Part shown: one piece after another, positions 10,046 to 19,884 of the stretch
How the letters are laid out: the number at the start of each line of letters is the position of its first letter
Position numbering within the stretch: the first letter of the stretch is position 1
Assembly: GCA_048938445.1 (NCBI GenBank)
Contig: JBHLME010000004.1
Location: forward strand, 13,976 to 77,975
Reading direction: 5' to 3'
Length of the DNA stretch: 64,000 nucleotides
Origin: Promethearchaeota archaeon
GTDB taxonomy: Archaea > Asgardarchaeota > Lokiarchaeia > Sigyniarchaeales > SOKP01
The notes under the pieces: model-generated
What the model was told of the DNA's origin: nothing
The model's input: only the letters and a program-made list of their open reading frames with translations
The model's database searches: none
Program-made: the position numbers and the translations under genes

Positions 10046-11692
10046 ATGACAAAATTTGGTATTGTTACAAACAGAAATAGCATGATTGGCTCTCGAACGC
10101 GTGTAGAGGATGCATGCGAATCGGGATTATGTCCAATTTGTATTGCTGATTGTCCCGTGTTCTGTGAGGTTTCCAAATCTGCTCTTCGAGGAAGAGAAGT
10201 TCTTTATCCTTCAAGAGAGTTTTTTGGCGACTCTACAGCAGGGACTCCAAAAGATTTTGGTTTGGGCTACAGGGATTTCCAAATTCAATTTGAAGTCAGA
10301 GGTGCCCTAGGAATAGAAGAAGACATGGACAAGGTAATTTTTCCTAATGCAGATGTAAGCACGATGTGGGGTAATATTCCTCAAAAAGTTCCTATAGTCA
10401 TAGCAGGTTTAGGAAGTACTTATGTTGCCAAGAGAAACTGGGATGGATTAGCAATGGGTTCAGCCCTTGCAGGTTGTAGTATTACTGTTGGAGAAAATGT
10501 CTGCGGTATGGACTCAAATGCAAAATTCACTGATGATAAACCATATCCAAAAGTAATTGATACAGTTGATATGAAGTATCGTGTTGATGCCTTTAGGGAA
10601 TTTTGGGATGGAAAGCATGGAGACATCATTATCCAAAAAAACGTAGAAGATACAAGATTGGGAGTTTTTGATTATGTTACTTCCAAATTAGATATTACAT
10701 CTTTAGAAATAAAATTTGGACAAGGTGCAAAAGCAATTGGTGGAGAAGTAAGATTGGCAACCTTAGAACGAGCACAATTGCTCCAAAGCAGGGGATATTT
10801 GGTCTTACCTGATCCATCAGATCCAGTGGTCATCGACCAATGGAAAGCAGGATTGATTCCTGATTTTGAGAGGCATAGCCGGGTAGGTATCGCTTCCACG
10901 GAAGATGTATTGGAAGAGATTGACCAAATTAAATCAATGGGCGTGAAAAACGTCTTTATCAAGACTGGTGCATACAGACCTGCATCTACTGCGTGGATCA
11001 TTCGATTAGGTGTTGAAGGTAAAGTTGATGGTATGACTTTTGACGGCGCTGGTGGAGGTACAGGAATGAGTCCCGTGAGTATGATGAACGAAGGCTCGAT
11101 TCCAACGGTTTATTTGGAAGCTTTAGTTGTTGGTTGCTTGGATATGATCAAGAAAAAAACCCCTAGTGCCAGAATCCCAACTATTGCGATTGCTGGAGGT
11201 ATTGCTAGCGAGACACAAGTTTTCAAGGCATTAGCTATGGGTGCACCTTATGTTACATGTGTAGCAATGGCAAGAGCACCAATCACCGCGGCAATGAAAG
11301 GTAAGTACATGGGTGAAATAATAGCTGATGGAGCTGCAACTCCTGCAATGTTAAAAACTCTAGGATTTCCAAAAGAAAAGGAACCTGATACGCTTACTGT
11401 TGAAGAAGCATTTGCAGAGTATGATTCACTCAAAAGGGAACATGGTGAGAGAGACATCCCTACTGCTGCTGTTGGTGTTTATAGTTATTTCTCAAGCAAG
11501 ATCGGCACGGGTTTAAAGCAATTGCTAGCTGGTGTAAGAAAATTTAAATTAGACTTGCTTAAACGAGATGATATTGCAACTATTTCTACTCGTGCAGAAA
11601 CAGTATGCGCAAAATGGAAGATTGGAGTTCCCCCTCAAGAAGATTTAGATATTGAAGATGTCAAAAACGAAATTTACTCTGGAAATTATTAA
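10046..11692 (+). CDS. FMN-binding glutamate synthase family protein (archaeal single-domain GltS type)
   Basis: N-terminal Cys cluster SGLCPICIADCPVFCE, EIKFGQGAKAIGGE, DGAGGGTGMSP, FKALAMGAP. Confidence 0.88.
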   Translation: MTKFGIVTNRNSMIGSRTRVEDACESGLCPICIADCPVFCEVSKSALRGREVLYPSREFFGDSTAGTPKDFGLGYRDFQIQFEVRGALGIEEDMDKVIFPNADVSTMWGNIPQKVPIVIAGLGSTYVAKRNWDGLAMGSALAGCSITVGENVCGMDSNAKFTDDKPYPKVIDTVDMKYRVDAFREFWDGKHGDIIIQKNVEDTRLGVFDYVTSKLDITSLEIKFGQGAKAIGGEVRLATLERAQLLQSRGYLVLPDPSDPVVIDQWKAGLIPDFERHSRVGIASTEDVLEEIDQIKSMGVKNVFIKTGAYRPASTAWIIRLGVEGKVDGMTFDGAGGGTGMSPVSMMNEGSIPTVYLEALVVGCLDMIKKKTPSARIPTIAIAGGIASETQVFKALAMGAPYVTCVAMARAPITAAMKGKYMGEIIADGAATPAMLKTLGFPKEKEPDTLTVEEAFAEYDSLKREHGERDIPTAAVGVYSYFSSKIGTGLKQLLAGVRKFKLDLLKRDDIATISTRAETVCAKWKIGVPPQEDLDIEDVKNEIYSGNY

Positions 11693-11899
11693 ATCTAATA
11701 TTTTTTCTTTTTTTTTCTTAAAAATTTCCTAAAATCTTATTTCTAAGATTATTTATATAAAATTTTAAATTTAGATTTATTAGACTTATTGAATTACTCT
11801 ATTTTCACACAATTTCAAATAATTCAATTAAACAAATAAAACCCTTATTTTCTAAATGAGTTAACTATCAAAATTTTATTAGAATAAAAAAAGTAAGTT

Positions 11900-11976
11900 T
11901 TGAATAAATATTCACAAGACTTTTATAGCTTCGAGTTTTTTAATACCTAAAAATAGACCTATGAATAATTATTCAT
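11900..11976. promoter_or_regulatory. two TGAAT-N4-ATTCA palindromic boxes flanking the TATA box of cdhA
   Basis: TTGAATAAATATTCAC at 11900-11915 and perfect ATGAATAATTATTCAT at 11961-11976, with TTTTATA between. Confidence 0.6.
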
Positions 11977-12014
11977 AATAATAAAAATTTAATTAATTGG
12001 TAGAGTAAAGAACA

Positions 12015-14366
12015 ATGAGTAAACATGGAGCAAGATTAAAAATTGACTCTTATAAAGGACCACTTGGCACTATTAAGGGTTTTGAGTTTACAACGGGCAA
12101 GATCGTGCGTGAGGGAGATGAAAGTGAGTGGGAACCAATGGGCCCACACCCAAAACCTCATATTCCCACATTACGCTCTTGGTTCTTCAAATTAATGGAT
12201 AGATACAATCCAACATACATGCCAATCTGTGATATGTGCTGTTTATGTACGTATGGGAAATGTAATCTTTCCAAGGGAAGAACTGGAGCATGTGGTATTA
12301 ATATGGAAACGCAGAATGCTCGAATCGTAGAGATTGCCTGCTGTATTGGTGCAGCATGTCATAGTGCCCATGGGGACCATCTGCTTCACTGGTTAAAGGA
12401 AAAATATGGAAACATTCCTATTAATTTTGGTAACAATATTGCTGTTGAAATGCCCTGTACAAGATTAATAGTGGGTATGAAACCAGAGACATTAGAAGAT
12501 TTGGAAGCAGCAATGGAATGGGTTCATTTTACAATAACTCATTTATTAGCAGCGGGTCATACTGGTCAAGAAAGTTCTAATCTTGATTATGAATCTAAAA
12601 GTTTTCTCGCAGGTTTAGCAGATTCCGTTGGGATGGAAATATCTGATGCCGTCCAAATTGCAGCATATGGATTTCCTGTTGGTGATCCCGATGTTCCAAT
12701 TGTAGAATTAGGTATGGGGACCATTGATACTTCAAAAGCTACGATATTAATGATCGGACATAACGTTGCACCTGGTGTTGAATTAGTTGATTACCTTCGT
12801 GAAAAAGGAATTGAAGACCAAATAGAGGTTGGTGCGATTTGTTGCACTGCTCATGATTTAACTCGGTACTATAGTGGTGCTAAAATTGTAGGGTCAATGT
12901 CAAGACAATTACATTTCATTAGGTCTGGAATACCTGATGTGGTAATGGTTGATGAACAATGTGTTAATCTTCGTGCATTTGAACAAGCTCAATTAATTAA
13001 TGCACCATTTATAGCAACGAATGAAAAAAATATGGGGGGTTTACCAGACAGGACAGCCGATAATATCAATGATATTGTCCAAGATTTAGTCAATGGTAAA
13101 ATCCCTGGAGTTTTAATCCTTGATCCAATTAAAGCAGGAGCGATTGCAGCAGAAACAGCAATAAAAGTGAAACCCAAAAGAGCAGGAAAGAGCGCGGTTC
13201 CGGACGAAAAAGGATGTATCGACATGGCAATGAACTGTAATGGATGTGGTAATTGTCAGAGAAATTGTCCTAATGATTTACCACTTGTAGAGGGAGTAAA
13301 GCTTGCTAAGGAGGGGGATTTCTCAGTGCTTGCTGATGTTTTCGATTTATGCTTAGTCTGTGGACGTTGTGAAAGCGATTGTATGAAAGAAGTCTCTCCA
13401 CTCACGCTAATTATGCATGCTGGAAGAGAGAAAATTAAAAATGAGACGTTTAATTGTAGAGTTGGGAGAGGTCCTATTAAAGATACAGAAATTCGGAATG
13501 TTGGAGCACCAATTGTACTAGGTGAGATTCCGGGAATTGTCGCTATAATTGGATGTGCAAATTATGCAAAAGAAATCCAAGAGTTATATAGAATGGCTGA
13601 AGAATTCTTAACGAGAAATTACATTGTCGTCGTTTCTGGATGTGGTGCAATGGATATTGGTCTTGTAAAAGATGAAGATGGTAAGACTCTTTATGATAGA
13701 TTCCCTGGAGACTTTGATAGGGGTGGTTTGGTTAACGTAGGTTCTTGCGTATCGAATCCTCATATTACTGGCGCTGCGTGTAAAGTAGCAAATATTTTTG
13801 CAAGACGTCCTCTCAGAGGTAACTTCGAAGAAATAGCGGATTATATATTAAACCGTGTTGGAGCTGTTGGAGTTGCATGGGGCGCAATGAGTCAGAAGGC
13901 AGCAAGTATTGCAAGTAGTGCTAATAGTTTGGGAGTTCCTGCGGTAGTTGGACCACACTCTGCTGAATATAGACGTTTATATCTTGGTAAGACTTATGAT
14001 GTAGAAAATTGGAAGGTCTATAATGCCAGGGATGGTTCGAAAGGTCATTTAATTGGCCCCGGTCCTGAACATTTATTAACTACTGCGGAATCCATTGAGC
14101 AAGCAATATGTCTTGTTGCGAAATTAGCTTTAAGACCTGCAGATAACTCAAAGGGAAGGATGATAAAAATCTCTCATTGGATCGACTTGGAGAGAAAATA
14201 TAAAGGCGTTATGTTCCCCAATGATTTAGAGAAATTCGTTCGGGTTGAGGCCGATATTCCAATCAATTTGAAAGATGAGATAGTCGCATATCTGAAAGAA
14301 AAGGGTTGGAAACAGAAAGAACTAATTGATCCTACTCTTATTGAAAGATTATGTCATAATAAATAA
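12015..14366 (+). CDS. cdhA: CO dehydrogenase/acetyl-CoA synthase complex alpha subunit (archaeal Ni-CODH)
   Basis: CDMCCLCTYGKC, GACG, ACHSAH, IGHN, ICCTAHD, DEQC, two ferredoxin motifs, GCAN, SGCG, VGSCVSN, SQKA. Confidence 0.96.
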   Translation: MSKHGARLKIDSYKGPLGTIKGFEFTTGKIVREGDESEWEPMGPHPKPHIPTLRSWFFKLMDRYNPTYMPICDMCCLCTYGKCNLSKGRTGACGINMETQNARIVEIACCIGAACHSAHGDHLLHWLKEKYGNIPINFGNNIAVEMPCTRLIVGMKPETLEDLEAAMEWVHFTITHLLAAGHTGQESSNLDYESKSFLAGLADSVGMEISDAVQIAAYGFPVGDPDVPIVELGMGTIDTSKATILMIGHNVAPGVELVDYLREKGIEDQIEVGAICCTAHDLTRYYSGAKIVGSMSRQLHFIRSGIPDVVMVDEQCVNLRAFEQAQLINAPFIATNEKNMGGLPDRTADNINDIVQDLVNGKIPGVLILDPIKAGAIAAETAIKVKPKRAGKSAVPDEKGCIDMAMNCNGCGNCQRNCPNDLPLVEGVKLAKEGDFSVLADVFDLCLVCGRCESDCMKEVSPLTLIMHAGREKIKNETFNCRVGRGPIKDTEIRNVGAPIVLGEIPGIVAIIGCANYAKEIQELYRMAEEFLTRNYIVVVSGCGAMDIGLVKDEDGKTLYDRFPGDFDRGGLVNVGSCVSNPHITGAACKVANIFARRPLRGNFEEIADYILNRVGAVGVAWGAMSQKAASIASSANSLGVPAVVGPHSAEYRRLYLGKTYDVENWKVYNARDGSKGHLIGPGPEHLLTTAESIEQAICLVAKLALRPADNSKGRMIKISHWIDLERKYKGVMFPNDLEKFVRVEADIPINLKDEIVAYLKEKGWKQKELIDPTLIERLCHNK

Positions 14367-14404
14367 AATAAATAGACAAAGCTCTACTGTCAGTAATCAC
14401 GTGA

Positions 14405-14461
14405 AATATGCGAATTGTCTTAAGACTAACAGAAATGGTAGTTTTAAGACAATTCCATATT
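14405..14461. terminator. long inverted repeat downstream of cdhA
   Basis: GAATTGTCTTAAGACTA (14412-14428) pairs with TAGTTTTAAGACAATTC (14439-14455) with one G-U; extended by AATATG/CATATT. Confidence 0.5.
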
Positions 14462-14568
14462 CTTTTATATTTTAATATAGCTTTTTGTATTAAATATAAC
14501 AAATATCAAATTTAATTAATGAATAATTAAAAATAGTAAAGAAAAAGCAGTCAATAAAAAGTATTACC

Positions 14569-15576
14569 ATGATTAAAACAGAAATTATTTTGCTATGTAA
14601 TAATTATATTGCTCCATTTCAAGATATAAATTTGGATTTTATCCAGTTCAATAAATTATTTGCTACGAGGTCAATTGCAGAACACGGTTTAGGTTTTATG
14701 ATTAATCTTTATGATACTAAAGATTCTAATGAATGGAGCTTTAATTTGTTGAAAACTATTGTCTTTGACACTGGAAGCCTAAATAAATCATTTTTACATA
14801 ACATGGACGTGCGAGCGTATGATCCACAAATAATAGATGAAATTTTAATTTCTCATTGGCATTATGATCATATTGGAGCACTTTATCCCTTACTTGAACG
14901 AATTGATAAAGAGATTCCCGTTGTTTGCCATGAGTCTGCCAAACGTGAAAGGTTTTTTAAGAGATCGAAGGATGTAAAAAATAGTGATTTAGAAGGAAAA
15001 AAAAGGGAAGAAATTTTACCCCTTTTATCAGTATCTAAGATCGTGAATCAAGAACCTATTGATTTAAAACGAATAGAAGAATTGAAAGCAAATGTCATTT
15101 TTTCTAAAGATCCTTATGTGGTTTTTAAAGATCAGGGATTAAAAATAACATTGAGCGGAGAAATTCCGAGGATACATCCTGAAGAATCATTTTACAACTT
15201 TTTTTCACTTCAAGGTGGAACACTTCAAAAAGATATGATTTTAGATGACAAGTGCCTTATCTTAGAATTTCCAGAAAAAATTATTGTATTAAATGGTTGC
15301 TGTCATTCTGGATTAATGAATACGCTCGATTATGTAAAGACTTTAACTTCGAAACGCATTTCACATGTGATTGGTGGATTTCATATGGTTGGTGCAAGTG
15401 AACAAAGAATCAATAAGACATTAAGTTTTTTAGAAATCTTTCAGGATAATTATGAAAATCTATATTTATTTCCAATTCATTGCACGGGAGATAAATTTCT
15501 TTCGATTTTACAAAATAAAAAAAACGCGAAATGGAAAGCATTTAATGCAAGTGTTGGGACGGTCTTTAGTTTTTAA
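14569..15576 (+). CDS. MBL-fold metallo-hydrolase (COG1237 type)
   Basis: AEHGLG, FDTG, SHWHYDH, GCCHSG, GGFH, HCTG. Confidence 0.9.
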   Translation: MIKTEIILLCNNYIAPFQDINLDFIQFNKLFATRSIAEHGLGFMINLYDTKDSNEWSFNLLKTIVFDTGSLNKSFLHNMDVRAYDPQIIDEILISHWHYDHIGALYPLLERIDKEIPVVCHESAKRERFFKRSKDVKNSDLEGKKREEILPLLSVSKIVNQEPIDLKRIEELKANVIFSKDPYVVFKDQGLKITLSGEIPRIHPEESFYNFFSLQGGTLQKDMILDDKCLILEFPEKIIVLNGCCHSGLMNTLDYVKTLTSKRISHVIGGFHMVGASEQRINKTLSFLEIFQDNYENLYLFPIHCTGDKFLSILQNKKNAKWKAFNASVGTVFSF

Positions 15577-15586
15577 TTGATGGATA

Positions 15587-15790
15587 ATGAACAAGATAAA
15601 ACAATGTAAATGGTATTTTTGTTGTCCAATAAAGCGCTTCGTGGAAGAAGATAAATTGGATAAGAAATGGGTCCAAAATTATTGTCTCATTGGGAATAAA
15701 GATTGCGTGAGATATAAGATGGAAGAGTCTAATGAACCACATCCAGATAATCTCCTTCCGAATGGTGAAATAAGGAGCGGTTTAGAATGA
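15587..15790 (+). CDS. small Cys-rich conserved protein
   Basis: CKWYFCCP...NYC...DCVRY..EE...HPDNLLPNG; resembles a conserved small Cys-rich family of anaerobes. Confidence 0.7.
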   Translation: MNKIKQCKWYFCCPIKRFVEEDKLDKKWVQNYCLIGNKDCVRYKMEESNEPHPDNLLPNGEIRSGLE

Positions 15791-16480
15791 ATAGCTATCT
15801 CCTACGCAAACTTTCCTATAATTTCCAGGCAACTTCATTTTTATATCATTGATATTTGCAGTACAATGACAAGCTCCAATAAAATCAATACCATTTAGAT
15901 AGGAATATTTTCTAAAGCCGTGAAAACCACCTATTATCGCTTTAATTGGATTCATTTTTCTCGCTTCTAAGATAAAATTTTCTAATCCAGGGTGAGTGCA
16001 TCCCACTAACAATATTAAATCATGATCTCCAGTTTTTAAGAATAACGCTTGTTCTTTAATTGAAGTTCCAAATTGACCCGAAACATATATATTTTGTTCG
16101 ATTTCGGTACAATCGGTTAATAAATGGATTTGAGCGTTTGAGAACTGTCTCTGGTAATTTTCTATGTTATCAGGTATATAAAGCGATATTTTGTTGTTTA
16201 AATGATATAAGTCATATAAAGCGCCATTATGATCATGATGATTATGAGAGATGATTATTTTGCTGATATCTAATAAATCAACCCCAAATTGGTTTATATT
16301 GTGGATGAGCACTTGACTATTACCTCCCGTGTCAAATAATAAGTACTTATCAGTTAATAAATTATGGATCAATGCTGAAAATCCAAAACCCGGTAAAAAA
16401 CCATCCTTAACACATTTATTATCGAATACAATTTTCACTTCAAAACTCATTTTCCTTCTGATCACTTCATTCAATTGCAT
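15782..16480 (-). CDS. MBL-fold metallo-hydrolase (COG1237 type)
   Basis: FDTG, SHNHHDH, GCTHPG, GGFH, CHCT; true start may be the ATG at 16450 (MSFEV). Confidence 0.88.
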   Translation of the reverse strand: MQLNEVIRRKMSFEVKIVFDNKCVKDGFLPGFGFSALIHNLLTDKYLLFDTGGNSQVLIHNINQFGVDLLDISKIIISHNHHDHNGALYDLYHLNNKISLYIPDNIENYQRQFSNAQIHLLTDCTEIEQNIYVSGQFGTSIKEQALFLKTGDHDLILLVGCTHPGLENFILEARKMNPIKAIIGGFHGFRKYSYLNGIDFIGACHCTANINDIKMKLPGNYRKVCVGDSYSF

Positions 16481-17597
16481 CTAAAATATAATCGGTAATG
16501 TACTTACTTTCCTTATCCTTTTTAATTTTATAATTTACATATCGAAAGTTAAAAACACATAAAGGACATGATGATACAATTTCATTTGTTTCAACTCTAT
16601 CAAAGAGGTCTTTTCCAATTTTAATACATATAGTACTATCAACGCCTCGTATCCCTGATCCAGCTCCACAGCATGGACATTCTTCATGAGTTTCAATTAA
16701 TTCTTTAATTTTTACACCACATTGTTGTAGTATTTCTCGAGGTTCATTAAAAAGAGGTCCATTTTTGTATTTCCTTCCAAGCCTGCAAGGATCGTGATAG
16801 GTAATAGTTTTATCCAAATCTTTAAATTTAATTTTTTTTTGGATCATCATTTCATAAATTATATCAACAACATGTCTTACATTGATATTAAATTCCTTGA
16901 AATACTTGCGATATACCGTATCAAATGCATAAAGACACCCTCCGCACGTCACGATTAAGTTTTTAATTCCACATTTTATGAATAACTCGATATTTGTTTT
17001 AAAAATATTCTTCGCTAGATCCAAATTTCCCGCAGAATATGCATATTCACCGCAACATGGTTCATTTTTCAATATTTTAAAATCATAACCTGCTTTTTTT
17101 AGAATTTCATAAGGTGCAGTAGCACTTTCTTTAACTCTATAAGATGACATGCAACCTAAAAATAATAGCGTATCGGAATCCGCATTTTCGAATAATTCTG
17201 TTTTCAAATAGTTATTGGGTAACCATTTAAGTCGTTCTTCTGGATTTCCCCCCACTGAATTGTTATTATCAACAATTCCTTTTATTATTTTTTCGTGTAT
17301 CTCTAATGGGGCCTTTTTTCTGTCGACTAATTCGAGTTTAGATGCATGTATGATGTTTGCAATATCAATTGGTTGCGGACATACGATGTTGCAAGAAGCA
17401 CAGAGAGTACAAGTATAAAGAGACCGTACTTCTTCTTCTGATATCTCTATGTTGTTAAACACTTTCTCAGCAATTTTTAATCTCCCATTTGGAGATTGTA
17501 AAATATCATTAGTTACTTTAAATGTATCGCACGCATCGAGGCAAGTAAAACAGTTTTGGCAATAACTAATGCTTCTTAATATATCATCTTCATTCAT
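16467..17597 (-). CDS. Fe-S oxidoreductase, HdrD/GlpC-like (two ferredoxin motifs plus two CCG domains)
   Basis: CQNCFTCLDAC, CTLCASCNIVCP, EPCCG, YHDPCRLGR, CCGAGSG, SCPLC. Confidence 0.9.
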   Translation of the reverse strand: MNEDDILRSISYCQNCFTCLDACDTFKVTNDILQSPNGRLKIAEKVFNNIEISEEEVRSLYTCTLCASCNIVCPQPIDIANIIHASKLELVDRKKAPLEIHEKIIKGIVDNNNSVGGNPEERLKWLPNNYLKTELFENADSDTLLFLGCMSSYRVKESATAPYEILKKAGYDFKILKNEPCCGEYAYSAGNLDLAKNIFKTNIELFIKCGIKNLIVTCGGCLYAFDTVYRKYFKEFNINVRHVVDIIYEMMIQKKIKFKDLDKTITYHDPCRLGRKYKNGPLFNEPREILQQCGVKIKELIETHEECPCCGAGSGIRGVDSTICIKIGKDLFDRVETNEIVSSCPLCVFNFRYVNYKIKKDKESKYITDYILDAIE

Positions 17598-17647
17598 GGT
17601 ATATAATAAAATAAAGATTATAATATAATTTTATTTACAATTATCAG

Positions 17648-18034
17648 TCAGATTGCTTCGAGGGTGATCAATTCTTGTAATGCATTGGAAACTTCTGGAG
17701 TGATAAAATGCTCGATTTTACAGCATAAATCTTGAATTAATTGTTGATTTTTCAAGTTTAAAACAATCTTGAAGAATTCCTGTAAACGACTGAAGTTAAC
17801 TAGAAGTTCTTTCACTATTTTTTTTCCCTTTTTGGTTAACCTAATGGGAGAGCGTGGTTTCCAATAAATTAAATCCTGAGCGTTTAATTTATATAACATG
17901 TTACTAACTGAAGCTGGCTTTTTTTTTAAGAATTCAGAGATTTCTTTATTGGAAACCCAGCCCCCCTTATTTTTTTTTGAAATCAAATAAATAGCTTTTA
18001 AATAATCTTCATGAGCTTCAGAAATTTCTTGCAA
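17648..18034 (-). CDS. DtxR/MntR family metal-dependent regulator
   Basis: EDYLKAIY, PASVSNML.KL, LTKKG, CKIEH. Confidence 0.9.
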   Translation of the reverse strand: MQEISEAHEDYLKAIYLISKKNKGGWVSNKEISEFLKKKPASVSNMLYKLNAQDLIYWKPRSPIRLTKKGKKIVKELLVNFSRLQEFFKIVLNLKNQQLIQDLCCKIEHFITPEVSNALQELITLEAI

Positions 18035-18074
18035 TACTTCTTATCCTCCTTCTTACTTTTTTTTTAAAAAAAAA

Positions 18075-18248
18075 TTATTTGGATACTTTTTCCAAACAAT
18101 CCTTACAGAAAAATATCCTGCGCATTTTTTGCTTGCTCCATACCATTATTCCTTGTTCAAACTTCTTTAAACAGGTCCAGCATAATTTAGGTTTTCCATC
18201 AACATCATACCTGTTATTATAATCAAAATCATATTCGGCAACATTCAT
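18075..18248 (-). CDS. small zinc-finger protein (57 aa), not in ORF track
   Basis: Manual translation MNVAEYDFDYNNRYDVDGKPKLCWTCLKKFEQGIMVWSKQKMRRIFFCKDCLEKVSK; CxxC..CxxC; sits between two co-oriented genes. Confidence 0.7.
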   Translation of the reverse strand: MNVAEYDFDYNNRYDVDGKPKLCWTCLKKFEQGIMVWSKQKMRRIFFCKDCLEKVSK

Positions 18249-18298
18249 TTTTTTATATCACTTGGTTTAATATTCTCATAATATATTTTGGATTATTC

Positions 18299-18688
18299 TT
18301 ATTTCTCTAAATCTTCAATTCTTTTAGAAACATCTTTCAGGGCATTCTGAATAGCAGTTAATTCTGATTCTAGGTATTCTTTATCCTGTTTTAATGCTTC
18401 TAATTTCTGCTCTTCTGTTAATTCAGGGGGTACGGGATAAATTGGAGCATTAAAGAAAATACCTGCACGTCCACCTCTAAAATATCCTCCGCCTCCCCAC
18501 CATCGAGCGCCTCTACCCCAGGCTAATCCCCTACCATAAGTATTATAGCCCCTTCTTCCAGCACCCCAGGCACCTCCTCCTCCAGGTCCTTTAGTAAATC
18601 CAGGGGTATCATATCCTGCGCAATATCCTAGTCCTCTTCCAGTTCTAGATCCTAACCCTGCAGGACCAGTCCTATCTCCACCAGGCAC
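18299..18688 (-). CDS. DUF5320 family Gly/Arg-rich protein
   Basis: MPGGDRTGPAGLGSRTGRGLGYC N-terminus, G/R-rich middle, coiled-coil C-terminus; GAGGTGG SD before a GTG start. Confidence 0.88.
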   Translation of the reverse strand: MPGGDRTGPAGLGSRTGRGLGYCAGYDTPGFTKGPGGGGAWGAGRRGYNTYGRGLAWGRGARWWGGGGYFRGGRAGIFFNAPIYPVPPELTEEQKLEALKQDKEYLESELTAIQNALKDVSKRIEDLEK

Positions 18689-18720
18689 TTTTTTACCACC
18701 TCAATTATTAACTAATTATT

Positions 18721-18789
18721 ATGAATAATAATTCATTACTAGATAATAATCAACCTATCTTAATAAATGTTATGAATGATTATTCATAA
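18721..18789 (-). promoter_or_regulatory. promoter with two ATGAAT-N4-ATTCAT boxes around a TTTATTAA TATA box
   Basis: Boxes at 18721-18736 and 18772-18787; near-identical copy at 24758-24826. Confidence 0.7.
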
Positions 18790-19027
18790 TTTCGCTCATT
18801 TTTATTTATTTTTAAACATATATTTATGACAATTTATCAAAATATATCAATGAATAAGCTAATATAATATAAATAATCTAATATTAAGTGAAAAATGGAC
18901 ATTTCAGAAAACATTTATATAAATTAGGAAGAATTAAACAAGAATATGGCTAAAGTATAAGTGAAAAAGCGATCTTGACAGCCTTCCTGAATTTTATTAG
19001 TTTAATTACAAATCATAAATGATTATT

Positions 19028-19043
19028 ATGAATGATTATTCAT
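19028..19043. promoter_or_regulatory. ATGAAT-N4-ATTCAT box adjacent to TATA
   Basis: ATGAATGATTATTCAT immediately followed by AATATTTAAATA, upstream of 19104. Confidence 0.6.
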
Positions 19044-19103
19044 AATATTTAAATATCTTATTTTATATTAAATTTATTGAAAAAAACAATTTGAGGTAAA
19101 ATT

Positions 19104-19850
19104 ATGCCAAGATGTCATAGACATGGATATCATAACTCAGGTTATCCTAATAGATATCGACCAAATTATTTTGCAGGAAATGGTAACAATAAACTAAATA
19201 TATACAAACCTAAGGAAATCTTATATATCTCAACCAATAAACGTGTTCCTATAGAATATCAAAAACCACCAAGTCTGAATCACCATTTAAATCAAAGAAG
19301 GATGAATAATATTGACCTAAAAATCAAGGATATTCAATCTAAAATAAAAGATGAGATTAAATCAAGAAAGATCATTATTAAAAACCATATTTCAAAAGAC
19401 GATGAAACTTTAACGTGGCAAGAAGGAAATATCTATCGTTTAAAACCAGAATATATAAATTTTTTGTCAGAAAATTCTAAATTTGGCTTTTTAAAAAGAA
19501 GAAAATTAAAAAAAACATTGGAATTTATCAGATTTAATCTCAATCATGACTCCGAAGATATATTAATAGATTACAAAAAAAATAAAATATTTAGCTCAGA
19601 TTCCCTTTCTTCAGTTTTAAAAGTAAAATCTTCAGAATGGAAAAAATGGGAAGATATAATCAAACTAATTGGGGCTAATATTAATGACTACAAACTTTCC
19701 ATAAAAGAACAAGTACTTGATCAATTGTATCACGATTACGATGACATATTTTTCCCTGATAATAAAGAACAAGTAAAAATTTGCGAGAAATGCGGTTTAG
19801 AAAATAAGAGGAAAGCACTCTATTGCTATTATTGTGGTAATAAATTTTAG
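19104..19850 (+). CDS. hypothetical protein with C-terminal zinc ribbon
   Basis: CEKCG...YCYYCG at the C-terminus; GAGGT SD upstream. Confidence 0.7.
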   Translation: MPRCHRHGYHNSGYPNRYRPNYFAGNGNNKLNIYKPKEILYISTNKRVPIEYQKPPSLNHHLNQRRMNNIDLKIKDIQSKIKDEIKSRKIIIKNHISKDDETLTWQEGNIYRLKPEYINFLSENSKFGFLKRRKLKKTLEFIRFNLNHDSEDILIDYKKNKIFSSDSLSSVLKVKSSEWKKWEDIIKLIGANINDYKLSIKEQVLDQLYHDYDDIFFPDNKEQVKICEKCGLENKRKALYCYYCGNKF

Positions 19851-19884
19851 AAGTTAATTTTTGATTTAGAATTTATCAAAATTT

